A DNA stretch of 63,866 nt, the filler included, from Octopus bimaculoides (lineage: Eukaryota), in NCBI RefSeq assembly GCF_001194135.2. It is 6 parts of 5 records of this genome, joined end to end, with 100 filler letters (N's around TTAATTAATTAA, not from the genome) between each part and the next. Parts side by side here need not be neighbours in the genome. Positions count along the whole stretch, not along the records: positions 59,486 to 63,866 come from NC_069003.1; 5 more parts are not named here. The stretch is one strand, 5' to 3'. Position 1 is the stretch's first letter; every line of letters starts with the position of its first letter. This document shows positions 62,901 through 63,866 of this stretch, one piece after another. The notes beneath the pieces were generated by a model. That model saw nothing but the letters and a program-made list of their open reading frames with translations, searched no databases and was not told where the DNA came from. Made by a program: the position numbers and the translations under genes.

Positions 62901-63571
62901 CCAGTGTAGTAACGCTGTGCGCATGCGTAGTCTCACGCATGCGTGCAATTCAACAACCAAGCTTTCCCGCTTCATTCTGCCTCTTTCTTGCTGGCCAGCG
63001 ATTGAGCATGGACATGTTTAGCTGTCTCTCTCCATCTTTCGAACTTACGCTAGACAGCTCGCTCACATCTACATACCAACGTCCCAACAACCATGCTCAC
63101 ACACACACAAGCAGTAACAACAAACAAGAACTAAAGATGTATATATTAACCACCTTAAATAAATAATTGTTGTGTTGATAGTCTGGAGTTCAGCGTTCCG
63201 TTAATTTCTAATTTTATATAGGAAAGTCAGGTATACATCTAATGATGTATAACCCACTTTCCTATACCAGCATGGAAAACAGATGTTAGATGATGAGGAT
63301 GAGAGGGATGGAAAGAGGAAGTGATATCAGAAAATTGGGTCTAAACATTGTGGACAAAATACTTACTGGCATTCTCTGGTGGTCAGGTTTCCTTTATTGA
63401 AAATTATTTTCCACATCATGGATATTCTAACTTTCTTCTATTTGTTTCCATTATTTTTTTCTCAGTTTCATTTTTGTTTTATTTCTGTTTTAATTATTTT
63501 CTTTGATAATATTTCTTATTTTCTACTGAAAATAATTGTTTCATTTATCATCTGCGTTAGTGCTTCTCAGT

Positions 63572-63866
63572 GGAGGCGCAATGGCCCAGTGGTTAGGGCA
63601 GCGGACTCGTGGTCATAGGATCGCGGTTTCGATTCCCAGACCGGATGCTGTGAGTGTTTATTGAGCGAAAACATCTAAAGCTCCATGAGGCTCCGGCAGG
63701 GGATGGTGGCGAACCCTGCTGTACTCTTCCACCACAACTTTCTCTCACTCTTACTTCCTGTTTCTGTTGTGTCTGTAATTCAAAGGGCCAGCCTTGTCAC
63801 ATTGTGTCACGCTGAATATCCCCAAGAACTACGTTAAGGGTACACGTGTCTGTGGAGTGTTCAGCC
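63572..63866 (+). mobile_element. tRNA-derived SINE family C, running off the window end
   Basis: A box TGGCCCAGTGG and B box GGTTTCGATTCCC in a tRNA-like head, followed by a non-tRNA body with no acceptor-stem closure. Confidence 0.8.

Noticed and set aside
63572-63650. tRNA gene
   Set aside because: A and B boxes are present, but there is no closing acceptor stem and it continues into a SINE body.

Overview
AT-rich, microsatellite-saturated animal genomic DNA from a gapped assembly. The SINE, RTE and microsatellite make-up suggests an octopus or other coleoid cephalopod; this is inference. The only host coding sequence I can support is one internal exon (17843-18126, +) of a PRD-class homeobox gene of the Prop family (Prop1 / C. 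elegans unc-42 / Drosophila CG32532 type). It encodes homeodomain residues 1-46 and ends at the canonical Q46|V47 intron. The 5' exon is uncertain, and the exon carrying helix 3 (VWFxNRR) was not found. The first 4 kb looks regulatory, with 8 co-oriented GGCGTGG boxes plus POU and CRE motifs. The rest is mobile DNA: at least three tRNA-derived SINE families, RTE and CR1 LINE relics, two Penelope-like (PLE) relics, Tc1/mariner, Tigger, piggyBac-type and hAT remnants or MITEs, and a Helitron-like tandem. The most notable unexplained structure is a set of minimal type-I hammerhead ribozyme (HHR) motifs with palindromic stem III. These include a 517-bp zero-spacer palindrome (33759-34275) carrying a hammerhead in each polarity and a repeat family with a non-canonical CUGUGGA core. 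Five N44-TTAATTAATTAA-N44 linkers are assembly artefacts, so adjacency across them is unproven. Apart from the ORF carrying the homeobox exon (17866..18171) and those that translate transposon relics, the supplied ORFs are microsatellite, gap or short chance readings. All alignments and folds were done by eye, and repeat boundaries are approximate.
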